Position numbers and translations under genes: made by a program
The notes under the pieces: generated by a model
The model's input: only the letters and a program-made list of their open reading frames with translations
Database searches by the model: none
Told to the model about the DNA's origin: nothing
In this document: in pieces, positions 9,723 to 17,068 of the stretch
Layout: every line of letters starts with the position of its first letter
Position numbering within the stretch: the stretch's first letter is position 1
NCBI GenBank assembly: GCA_903862255.1
Contig: CAIOXK010000024.1
Location: forward strand, 1 to 46,259
Length of the DNA: 46,259 bases
Reading direction: 5' to 3'
Origin: Candidatus Nomurabacteria bacterium
GTDB lineage: Bacteria; Patescibacteriota; Minisyncoccia; Phycocordibacterales; UBA9973

Positions 9723-10997
9723 TTAAATATTCATCGCTTTCTTACGGCGGTCTTGGTGAAATGTCACTGCAAAACGATGGGCCTCATTATTAGCTAATAA
9801 AATAGCGAATTTATTATTTTCTACTATTTCTTGTTTACCACTAATTGATTTTGCCTTGTGGTGCTCGTCTTTTGTTACTGCAACTACAGGTATTTCTAAT
9901 TGTAGTTCAGCCAAAACCTGCTCAGCTGCATTGATTTGAATAGCATTACCATCTACAACAATTGCTGATGGATATTGCCATTCTGTATGTGACAAACGAC
10001 GAATGAGCATTTCTCGTAATGCACCGGCATCATTAGCCTTATCAAAACCACGAATAATAAATTTACGATATTCATTTTTATTGGCGGCAGAGTTTTCAAC
10101 TACAGTCATCACGCCGACCATATGCTTACCAGAAATATGGGCAATATCGTAAGCCTCTAGGCGAAAAATATTTTCACCACTAGCTCTTTCAAGATCGCGC
10201 CTAATTAATGAAATATCTTGAATGTGTTCTAATGCAAATACTTTTTGTTTTAATATAGCAGCCTCCTCAAAAGCCTCAGCTTTTGCAGCAAAAACCATTT
10301 CTTTTTTTAACCCAGAAATAAGTGGCCTCAATTTACCCTGGAAAATTAATTTAATTCGGCTTATGTTTTTTTTATATTCTTGTACAGCTTCAGTATTTGA
10401 AACGTCTGGGGCTAATGCAATCTGTCGATAAAATACCTCTTTGTCTTTCTGAGCACTTGCGCGGTCGCGGTAGGGGAAAATTTTACGAATAATTTTTAAT
10501 GCTTCACGGATAGAAGGACCGTTAGGGAAAGGACCAAACACTGTGTCATAAGCAGTATTAAATAATCCTAAACGGGGCAATGTAACAGTTTTTGCTTGAC
10601 TATCAATATCTTTTTGTCGAACTAAAATAATACGCGGATAGTCTTCTTTGGTGATTGCGACAATATTAAAACTCTTATCATCTTTTTCTTTAGTGTTGTA
10701 GTACGGCTTATATTTCTTAATTAAATTTGCTTCAAGGATGAGTGCTTCAAGAACTGTCGGTGTAGTTTCGAATGCGACAGTTTCAGTCTTGAATACCATA
10801 TCTACAATATGTGCCCCGCGCGTTTTAATAATATCAGGAGCAAAATATGAACGTACACGATCACGCAACGAAGTAGCCTTACCTATATATAAGACCTCTC
10901 TACCATCATATCCGCTGCCTATTCTTTTTTCGCCAAGCCAGAAATAAACTCCTGGCTCAGCTGGTAACTCCAATGTATTTAACTCTTGACGTATCAT
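9723..10997 (-). CDS. uvrC: Excinuclease ABC subunit C, short form lacking the C-terminal (HhH)2 domain
   Basis: GIY-YIG N-terminus (PGVYFWLGE..VLYIGKATSLRDRVRSYF), a UVR motif region, and the RNase-H-like endonuclease domain (EAYDIAHISG..). The protein ends at EAHRFAVTFHQDRRKKAMNI. Confidence 0.88.
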   Translation of the reverse strand: MIRQELNTLELPAEPGVYFWLGEKRIGSGYDGREVLYIGKATSLRDRVRSYFAPDIIKTRGAHIVDMVFKTETVAFETTPTVLEALILEANLIKKYKPYYNTKEKDDKSFNIVAITKEDYPRIILVRQKDIDSQAKTVTLPRLGLFNTAYDTVFGPFPNGPSIREALKIIRKIFPYRDRASAQKDKEVFYRQIALAPDVSNTEAVQEYKKNISRIKLIFQGKLRPLISGLKKEMVFAAKAEAFEEAAILKQKVFALEHIQDISLIRRDLERASGENIFRLEAYDIAHISGKHMVGVMTVVENSAANKNEYRKFIIRGFDKANDAGALREMLIRRLSHTEWQYPSAIVVDGNAIQINAAEQVLAELQLEIPVVAVTKDEHHKAKSISGKQEIVENNKFAILLANNEAHRFAVTFHQDRRKKAMNI

Positions 10998-11008
10998 ATT
11001 ATGAAGGC

Positions 11009-11019
11009 ACTATATCACA
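11009..11019 (-). promoter_or_regulatory. Extended -10 promoter TGTGATATAGT for uvrC
   Basis: The minus strand reads gaaTGTGATATAGTgccttcataatATG. Confidence 0.5.
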
Positions 11020-11038
11020 TTCATAATAAAAGTCTGCG

Positions 11039-12040
11039 TTATTTAATTACACCAATTGTTTTATCTTTTGAGTACTTGGCCTCTGCTTCAATTTTTGCAC
11101 CATTGATAATTTCATCAACATTTTTTGTATTTATTTTCTTTAGATTTGAAGCTGTTGTTTTTATTCTTTCTTCTGTGTACCCAAAAGAAAGTGGTCGGAG
11201 CGTTTTTGGACCTGCAATTCCGTCAAATGCTGACAGATTTGGCATAAAATTATTTTCACTCTCAGTACCTATTTCAATACCAGGAGAATATGTCATATAT
11301 CCATTAAGTGGTCTGCCGCCATTGGCTTTAGTAACAGCCATCTCAGCTATTGCCATAGCTCGCTGAAAAGCCATCTCTCTTTGAACACGAGGAATAAGGT
11401 CTGGGCTCATGTTTGTTGGTACTGTATGTGTACTATTGTACTCATGAATAAAATCATCAATAACCTTATTTGCAAATGCACGAGTATTCATGCGAGGGTC
11501 ATCATGTAGATTTTTACCGTTTACATATGCAACATAGGTATTCCAATCCGTCTTCTCGTCCTTACTTAATTCATCAAAAGCTTCTGCTTTTTGCTTCAAT
11601 GTCTGCAGTGAATCTAATGCCTGTTGTAATGTTTGCTGTGGTGTGATTTTTACCTCTTTCTTCTGGGGATTCTTGTCTGCAGTCATTTTTTCTTGCCCAC
11701 TAGCATGATTGCTTGCAAATATTCCTCCTGCCAAAGTTCCCCACAATGCAACCTTTCGCAATATAGAACTGATTGTTTTTTTATTTGACTCTACTGCGCT
11801 TGAAACAAACTCTGTACCAACAGTATTATCAACGGGTAACGATCGCAAACTGTTATCCATTTTGCCTTTTAAAGAAGCACTCATTTGTGCGGCCTTCTCT
11901 GCATCTTTTACCTCCTGCAATTTATACGCTGCTTTATACATCTCATTGATATCTTCCGGCTTACGAACAACTGACGATTCTGGTGAACTTATTTCTGATT
12001 CTTGTTGGTTTTTTGTTTTTTCCAATGATTCTGCATTCAT
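11039..12040 (-). CDS. Hypothetical membrane-anchored protein (acidic/polar N-terminal ~95 aa, one TM, ~220-aa extracytoplasmic domain)
   Basis: 333-aa ORF with a single hydrophobic span, VALWGTLAGGIFA. No recognisable family. Confidence 0.6.
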   Translation of the reverse strand: MNAESLEKTKNQQESEISSPESSVVRKPEDINEMYKAAYKLQEVKDAEKAAQMSASLKGKMDNSLRSLPVDNTVGTEFVSSAVESNKKTISSILRKVALWGTLAGGIFASNHASGQEKMTADKNPQKKEVKITPQQTLQQALDSLQTLKQKAEAFDELSKDEKTDWNTYVAYVNGKNLHDDPRMNTRAFANKVIDDFIHEYNSTHTVPTNMSPDLIPRVQREMAFQRAMAIAEMAVTKANGGRPLNGYMTYSPGIEIGTESENNFMPNLSAFDGIAGPKTLRPLSFGYTEERIKTTASNLKKINTKNVDEIINGAKIEAEAKYSKDKTIGVIK

Positions 12041-12048
12041 ATGTCACC

Positions 12049-12057
12049 AGTATAGCA
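12049..12057 (-). promoter_or_regulatory. Extended -10 promoter (TGcTATACT), 8 nt upstream of ATG 12040
   Basis: The minus strand reads tttTGcTATACTggtgacatATG. Confidence 0.55.
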
Positions 12058-12070
12058 AAATCTTGATTTA

Positions 12071-13060
12071 TTACACGTTTTTCACATGTTCAATAATTTC
12101 TTGCCAGATCTCATCACCGCCCATGTCGTGTTCAAAAATAGCATCCTCCGCTTGTAAAAAATAAGCATCCATTGTTTTTTCTACATATGTAAGTGCGCCA
12201 GAATGCCGTAAAACCCGCATTAGTTTTTGCTCTTCATCTTCTGACCACTCTTTAGAAAAATACACATTAAATAGATTACGATCTTCTATACCTGCCTGAT
12301 TAAACATGTACCACGATACTAATGTTTGTTGCCCTTCTTTTATATCATTAAGACAATCTGCAATATCGTCTTGCAATTGAAATGCCATACCCAGATTTAC
12401 AGCATATGACTCAATAAAAGATATATCCCCTTCATCTATACCAGCTAAATACTTACCCATTAGTAGTGGTCTAAAAAATGAATATTGTGCACTTTTAAGG
12501 TATATGCTCCGCAAAATTATTTCCTTTGTAGGGTTTTCATTAGTAATAAGCAAAACATCTAATAACTGCCCGTGGAGCACCTCTGATAGCAATCTTCGAA
12601 ATTCTTTTTTTGTATCATCAATAGTGTACGGTTCAACTATTTCAGCCTGATCGATACATTCTACTGACCATGTTAATACTAAATCTCCGATGAGCATAGC
12701 TACAGACTTACCGATCTCTCTACTATGCTTAAGTTCTGCAACTAAACGATGTAGAGCAACAATACCTCGACGAAAAGATTCATTATCTATAATATCGTCT
12801 TGTATTAGACAAAATAGATGAAGTAGCTCAATACCAGCAAGGAGTGAAAAGATATCGCTTTCACCTCCCTCAGTCATATACCCTACATATGCCATATATG
12901 GACGAAGATACTTACCTCTTTTTGCATACTGAACAATATGTGAACATATCATAGCAATGTCACCGTGACCACTCAGTTGACTAAAATCCTTAATTTTATC
13001 TTCAACCAGTGTACTAAATCTATCTTCGAACCATACTTGAAACTGTTTTAATGTCATCAT
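12071..13060 (-). CDS. Polyprenyl diphosphate synthase (trans-isoprenyl, FPP/GGPP-synthase family)
   Basis: First Asp-rich motif LIQDDIIDNESFRRG and second motif FQLQDDIAD. 329 aa. Confidence 0.85.
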   Translation of the reverse strand: MMTLKQFQVWFEDRFSTLVEDKIKDFSQLSGHGDIAMICSHIVQYAKRGKYLRPYMAYVGYMTEGGESDIFSLLAGIELLHLFCLIQDDIIDNESFRRGIVALHRLVAELKHSREIGKSVAMLIGDLVLTWSVECIDQAEIVEPYTIDDTKKEFRRLLSEVLHGQLLDVLLITNENPTKEIILRSIYLKSAQYSFFRPLLMGKYLAGIDEGDISFIESYAVNLGMAFQLQDDIADCLNDIKEGQQTLVSWYMFNQAGIEDRNLFNVYFSKEWSEDEEQKLMRVLRHSGALTYVEKTMDAYFLQAEDAIFEHDMGGDEIWQEIIEHVKNV

Positions 13061-13120
13061 TCCCTAATAATAAAAAAATAGTGATCAATCTAATCTCTAT
13101 AAAATATAAAGATTGTATAA

Positions 13121-13147
13121 AACAATAGGGGTTTAACCCCTGTTATT
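13121..13147. repeat. REP-like hairpin, left copy (AGGGGTTTAACCCCT); also acts as terminator of the transposase-like gene
   Basis: aacaatAGGGG-TTTAA-CCCCTgttat. On the minus strand the hairpin is followed by TTTTATAC. Confidence 0.8.
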
Positions 13148-13797
13148 TAATTCTTGCCAAGTAATCTATATCTTTTCTTATTATTTTTTACTTCTTCTAA
13201 AACCTGGTATGCATATTTTTTATATTCATCTTTAGTCTCAAACTGTTGCAATATAAGACTATGTTTAGTGCAAATACTTCTACCTTGATACTTATAGTCA
13301 ACATACTGACTCCAGCTTGAATAATATTTATAATTAATCGGGGTTAAACCCCTATTGTTTTCCTGATCATCATTTAAGTTAATATACCCAGAAACATACA
13401 ATAAATATTCATTTGTGTTTACATGTTTCGATTTATAGGTAGCCTCAAATAGCGCACCAGATCGTTCATTTTTATTGTTTAAATATAATGTATAACCACC
13501 CTGTAGTCGCTTCATAAACTCACTTATTCCACCATCAACTTCTTGCTGTATCAAAAAATGAAAATGGTTTGGCTGTAATGAATATGCAAGAAAACTCACT
13601 AACGGATTTTTAATAGCAAAACCATTAAGTCGTATTTGCTTATTAAGGCTTTCAACTGGCTCAATATTATTAAATACTATCAATGCGTCGCTAAATCTTT
13701 GTATATCTAAAAAGTCTAAAAAAATATCTCTCTTATCTACACCTCTGTTGTAAATATGATATATCTCTCCAGTAGTAATATTTTTTGGCTTCCTCAT
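13147..13797 (-). CDS. IS200/RAYT-like HUH-Y1 (tyrosine) transposase family protein
   Basis: GEIYHIYNRGVDKRDIFLD, HUH motif PNHFHFLI, and a C-terminal Tyr in YVSGYINLN..YYSSWSQY. I place the start at ATG 13797; the track start at 13803 is a TTG. Confidence 0.8.
   Translation of the reverse strand: MRKPKNITTGEIYHIYNRGVDKRDIFLDFLDIQRFSDALIVFNNIEPVESLNKQIRLNGFAIKNPLVSFLAYSLQPNHFHFLIQQEVDGGISEFMKRLQGGYTLYLNNKNERSGALFEATYKSKHVNTNEYLLYVSGYINLNDDQENNRGLTPINYKYYSSWSQYVDYKYQGRSICTKHSLILQQFETKDEYKKYAYQVLEEVKNNKKRYRLLGKN
13340..13359. repeat. REP-like hairpin, internal inverted copy inside the transposase-like ORF
   Basis: GGGGTTAAACCCCTATTGTT is the exact reverse complement (20/20) of 13121-13140. 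It is read in frame as NNRGLTPI. Confidence 0.85.
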
Positions 13798-13851
13798 GTG
13801 CAAAATACTGTAACAAATTATCTTTCAAGTTTTTCTTGATAATAAATAAAA

Positions 13852-13875
13852 ACAAAGGGGTTTAACCCCTTTGTT
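13852..13875. terminator. REP-like hairpin, right copy; intrinsic terminator of uvrA
   Basis: Perfect 10-bp stem AACAAAGGGG-TTTAA-CCCCTTTGTT, followed by T-rich tracts on both strands. Confidence 0.8.
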
Positions 13876-13880
13876 TTTAT

Positions 13881-16532
13881 TTATAAAATTTTCTTAAGAT
13901 ATGTTCCGGTGTGAGAATGTTTATTGTTAGCAATTTCCTCTGGTGTGCCCTTTCCTACTACCTTACCACCGTGCACTCCACCCTCTGGGCCGAAATCAAT
14001 CAACCAGTCAGCGGTCTTAATGAGGTCAAGGTTATGCTCAATTACGACAACTGTATTACCTTTTGCAACCAGTCTATTTAATACGCCAATAAGATTTTTG
14101 ACATCGTCATAGTGCAGTCCAACTGTTGGTTCATCGAGTAAGTAAATAGTTTTCTCTAAGTATGGACGATATAGCTCAGATGCGATTTTCACACGCTGTG
14201 CTTCACCACCTGATAATGTTGTTGCAGATTGGCCAAGCTTCACATAATTCAAACCTACATCAGACAATGTTTTCAATCGATCTGAAATTGCTGGAATATC
14301 AGTAAAAAATTCCTGTGCCTCCTCTACAGTAAGCTGTAGGACGTCGTAAATACTTTTCTTTTTGTATTTCACTACCAGAGTCTCCTTATCAAAACGCTTA
14401 CCATTACAAACATCGCACGTTACATAAACAGTTGGGAGAAAGTGCATTTCAACAGCTATTTCTCCATTACCTTCACAAGCTTCACAACGACCACCTTTTA
14501 CGTTAAATGAAAAACGGTTCACTTTCCAGCCACGGAGGCGAGCTTCTTCTGTAGCAGCAAATAGTTCGCGAATATGGGTAAATGCTCCAGTATAGGTAGC
14601 AATGTTTGAACGAGGAGTACGACCAATTGGAGACTGGTCGATCATAATTGCACGAGCAAGATACTCACTGCCAGTAAATGATGCACAGTTAAATACCTTG
14701 GCACTGCGAAGTTTGCGCTCAAAACGAGCCTGCAAATTACTATAAAGTACGTCATACAAGAATGTACTTTTACCTGAACCAGACACGCCAGTAATCGCAA
14801 CTAGTCGCCCCAGCGGCACATCGATATTCAAATTATGAATATTGTGCAAATTTGCTCCAACAATTCTAAGCGTTCCCTTATCTTCACTGCGACGTTTTTC
14901 TGGTACTTCGATTTGCGCCTCCTTACGAAGATATGCAAGTGTACGTGAACCTGAATCATTTTTCTTTGCTGATAATAGTTCATCAAGGTATCCAGATACT
15001 ACTACTTGCCCGCCATGCACGCCTGCTTTTGGGCCAATATCAATAATATAGTCAGATGCATAAATAGTATCTTCATCGTGCTCAACAACAATAATAGTAT
15101 TACCAATATCACGAAGTGCTTCAAGAGTCTTGATCAATCGTTCATTGTCACGTTGGTGCAAACCAATAGTTGGTTCATCAAGTACATACATTGCCCCTAC
15201 TAAACGTGAGCCAAGCTGTGATGCCAAACGAATACGCTGTGCCTCTCCACCAGAGAGCGTATTGGCCGTCCGACTGAGTGCTAAGTATTCTAGTCCTACA
15301 TTCAATAAAAAAGTAAGTCGGTCTTCAATTTCTTTTACAATTACTTTTGCAACTTCTTTATCTTTTGCAGTAAGTTTTAATGAGCCAAAAAAATCAAAGG
15401 CTTCTTCAACTGACATAGCTGTGAGGTCGACAATGTTTGTACCATGCACGCTGCCATCTTTATCTGATTTACTTGCAGACAAAAAAACATTCAACGCTTC
15501 GGGGCGAAGACGCTTGCCATGACATATATCACAGGGTTCTGAGCCACCAAAAAATTTTGTACCTATACCATTACATTCAGGACATGCTCCATACGGACTA
15601 TTAAAAGAAAATAGGCGAGGTTCAATTTCTGGAAAAGAGAAACCATCATTTGGACAAGCAAATTTACTTGAGAGTAGAAATTCCTGTAATAAGTCTGTGT
15701 CCATTGAAAAATCAGGTGACGTTCCAAATGTAATCTGCACTAAACCATCAGCTTCAAGCAGTGCTCGCTCTACTGCCTCAGACAAACGAAGTTCTGCATC
15801 ACGAGGAGTATCTGTAAATTCATGCACAGCAAGTTCGTCCACAAGCACCTCAATAGTGTGCGGAGTAGTTTTATTCATCTCAATTTTTTCGCGGAGGTTT
15901 TTTGTCTTACCGTCTACTCGCACAGTTGAGAAACCGCGACCGAGCAAATCGTACAGTAACTGATAGTACTCACCTTTGCGTCCACGAACAATCGGAGCAT
16001 ACACCTGAATACGAGTATCGTTCCAGGCTACACCCATCACTTCTTTGTTTTTACCTTTTGAAAGTTCTTTGATTTTACCAAGAATAAAACCATTAATTTC
16101 TTCCATTGAAAGTTTCTGAATCAATGTGCCACATACTGGACAATATGCCTTACCTACGCGCGCATAAAGGACGCGCAAGTAGTCGTAGATTTCTGTAATG
16201 GTAGCAACAGTCGAACGAGGATTATTTGATCGAGATTTTTGATCAATTGAAATTGCTGGCGAAAGGCCGGTAATCTCATCAACATCCGGTTTAGGCATTT
16301 GATTTAAAAATTGTCGCGCATACGAGGACAATGACTCAACATAACGACGTTGGCCTTCAGCAAAAATAGTATCAAAGGCAAGAGAACTCTTACCTGACCC
16401 TGACATACCAGTAATAGCCACCATCGCATTACGAGGCATTTCTACTGAAATATTTTTTAAATTATGAGTTCGCGCGCCCTTAACAGTAATAACTTCGGTT
16501 GCACTTCCTATCACTCTGTTTCGTTTTTCCAC
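13881..16532 (-). CDS. uvrA: Excinuclease ABC subunit A
   Basis: KGARTHNLKNISVEMPRN, two ABC ATPase modules (GMSGSGKSSL, GVSGSGKST, LSGGEAQR twice) and Zn-finger Cys clusters. The start is GTG 16532, or possibly GTG 16514. Confidence 0.95.
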   Translation of the reverse strand: MEKRNRVIGSATEVITVKGARTHNLKNISVEMPRNAMVAITGMSGSGKSSLAFDTIFAEGQRRYVESLSSYARQFLNQMPKPDVDEITGLSPAISIDQKSRSNNPRSTVATITEIYDYLRVLYARVGKAYCPVCGTLIQKLSMEEINGFILGKIKELSKGKNKEVMGVAWNDTRIQVYAPIVRGRKGEYYQLLYDLLGRGFSTVRVDGKTKNLREKIEMNKTTPHTIEVLVDELAVHEFTDTPRDAELRLSEAVERALLEADGLVQITFGTSPDFSMDTDLLQEFLLSSKFACPNDGFSFPEIEPRLFSFNSPYGACPECNGIGTKFFGGSEPCDICHGKRLRPEALNVFLSASKSDKDGSVHGTNIVDLTAMSVEEAFDFFGSLKLTAKDKEVAKVIVKEIEDRLTFLLNVGLEYLALSRTANTLSGGEAQRIRLASQLGSRLVGAMYVLDEPTIGLHQRDNERLIKTLEALRDIGNTIIVVEHDEDTIYASDYIIDIGPKAGVHGGQVVVSGYLDELLSAKKNDSGSRTLAYLRKEAQIEVPEKRRSEDKGTLRIVGANLHNIHNLNIDVPLGRLVAITGVSGSGKSTFLYDVLYSNLQARFERKLRSAKVFNCASFTGSEYLARAIMIDQSPIGRTPRSNIATYTGAFTHIRELFAATEEARLRGWKVNRFSFNVKGGRCEACEGNGEIAVEMHFLPTVYVTCDVCNGKRFDKETLVVKYKKKSIYDVLQLTVEEAQEFFTDIPAISDRLKTLSDVGLNYVKLGQSATTLSGGEAQRVKIASELYRPYLEKTIYLLDEPTVGLHYDDVKNLIGVLNRLVAKGNTVVVIEHNLDLIKTADWLIDFGPEGGVHGGKVVGKGTPEEIANNKHSHTGTYLKKIL

Positions 16533-16538
16533 GGATCA

Positions 16539-16557
16539 ATTATAACACGAAAGTCAA
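16539..16557 (-). promoter_or_regulatory. uvrA promoter region: TTGACT-N7-TGtTATAAT-N6-GTG
   Basis: The minus strand reads agtTTGACTttcgtgtTATAATtgatccGTG. The TTGAC box is only 7 nt from the -10, too close to act as a -35. Confidence 0.55.
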
Positions 16558-16571
16558 ACTCTGGCGACCTG

Positions 16572-16580
16572 TGGTATTAT
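16572..16580 (+). promoter_or_regulatory. Extended -10 promoter (TGgTATTAT), 9 nt upstream of ATG 16590
   Basis: cctgTGgTATTATtaccaacatATG. Confidence 0.5.
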
Positions 16581-16589
16581 TACCAACAT

Positions 16590-17042
16590 ATGAACATACC
16601 TCGTGTAGATCACATGGCAATCAGATTTTTTCGCCATATTAGCATTCCACTTGCCCGTATCTCACTTTTTGTTATTTATTTTTGGTTCGGTATATTAAAA
16701 GTTATTGGACTTTCGCCCGCATCAGGACTTGTATATGCACTGTATAATCAAACAATTCCATTTGTGCCATTTCATGCATTCTATTTAGCATTTGCATTAT
16801 TTGAGTGTTTAATTGGTATTCTTTTTCTCATCAAGGGTGCAGAACGTATTGTTATTCCATTACTATTGGCACACTTAATTACTACCATCTTGCCACTTAT
16901 CTTTCTTCCTGATATGGCATGGCAACACTGGTTTGTACCAACTCTTGAAGGTCAATACATCATCAAAAATTTAGCATTGATCACTGCAGCAATTGCAATT
17001 GCTGCACACCTTCACCCTCTGCCACATAAAATTGAGAAATAA
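16590..17042 (+). CDS. Small integral membrane protein (tentatively DoxX/DUF417-like)
   Basis: 150 aa from ATG 16590, with 4 TM segments. The longer track ORF (from 16464) overlaps the uvrA 5' end and the promoter region. Confidence 0.6.
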   Translation: MNIPRVDHMAIRFFRHISIPLARISLFVIYFWFGILKVIGLSPASGLVYALYNQTIPFVPFHAFYLAFALFECLIGILFLIKGAERIVIPLLLAHLITTILPLIFLPDMAWQHWFVPTLEGQYIIKNLALITAAIAIAAHLHPLPHKIEK

Positions 17043-17068
17043 AAAAATGGGGCCAGACCCCATTTTTT
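17041..17068. terminator. Bidirectional terminator between convergent genes; GGGG-N5-CCCC type hairpin
   Basis: AAAAAAATGGGG-CCAGA-CCCCATTTTTT. Confidence 0.8.

Noticed and set aside
15497-15511. Hairpin CTTCG-GGG-CGAAG inside uvrA
   Set aside because: It is a single occurrence with a different loop and clamp from the GGGG-N5-CCCC family. It encodes ordinary UvrA sequence (KRLRPEAL) and is most likely coincidence.
16464-16589. 42-codon N-terminal extension of the 16590-17042 membrane protein
   Set aside because: It overlaps the uvrA 5' coding region and both divergent promoters. ATG 16590 sits 9 nt after an extended -10.
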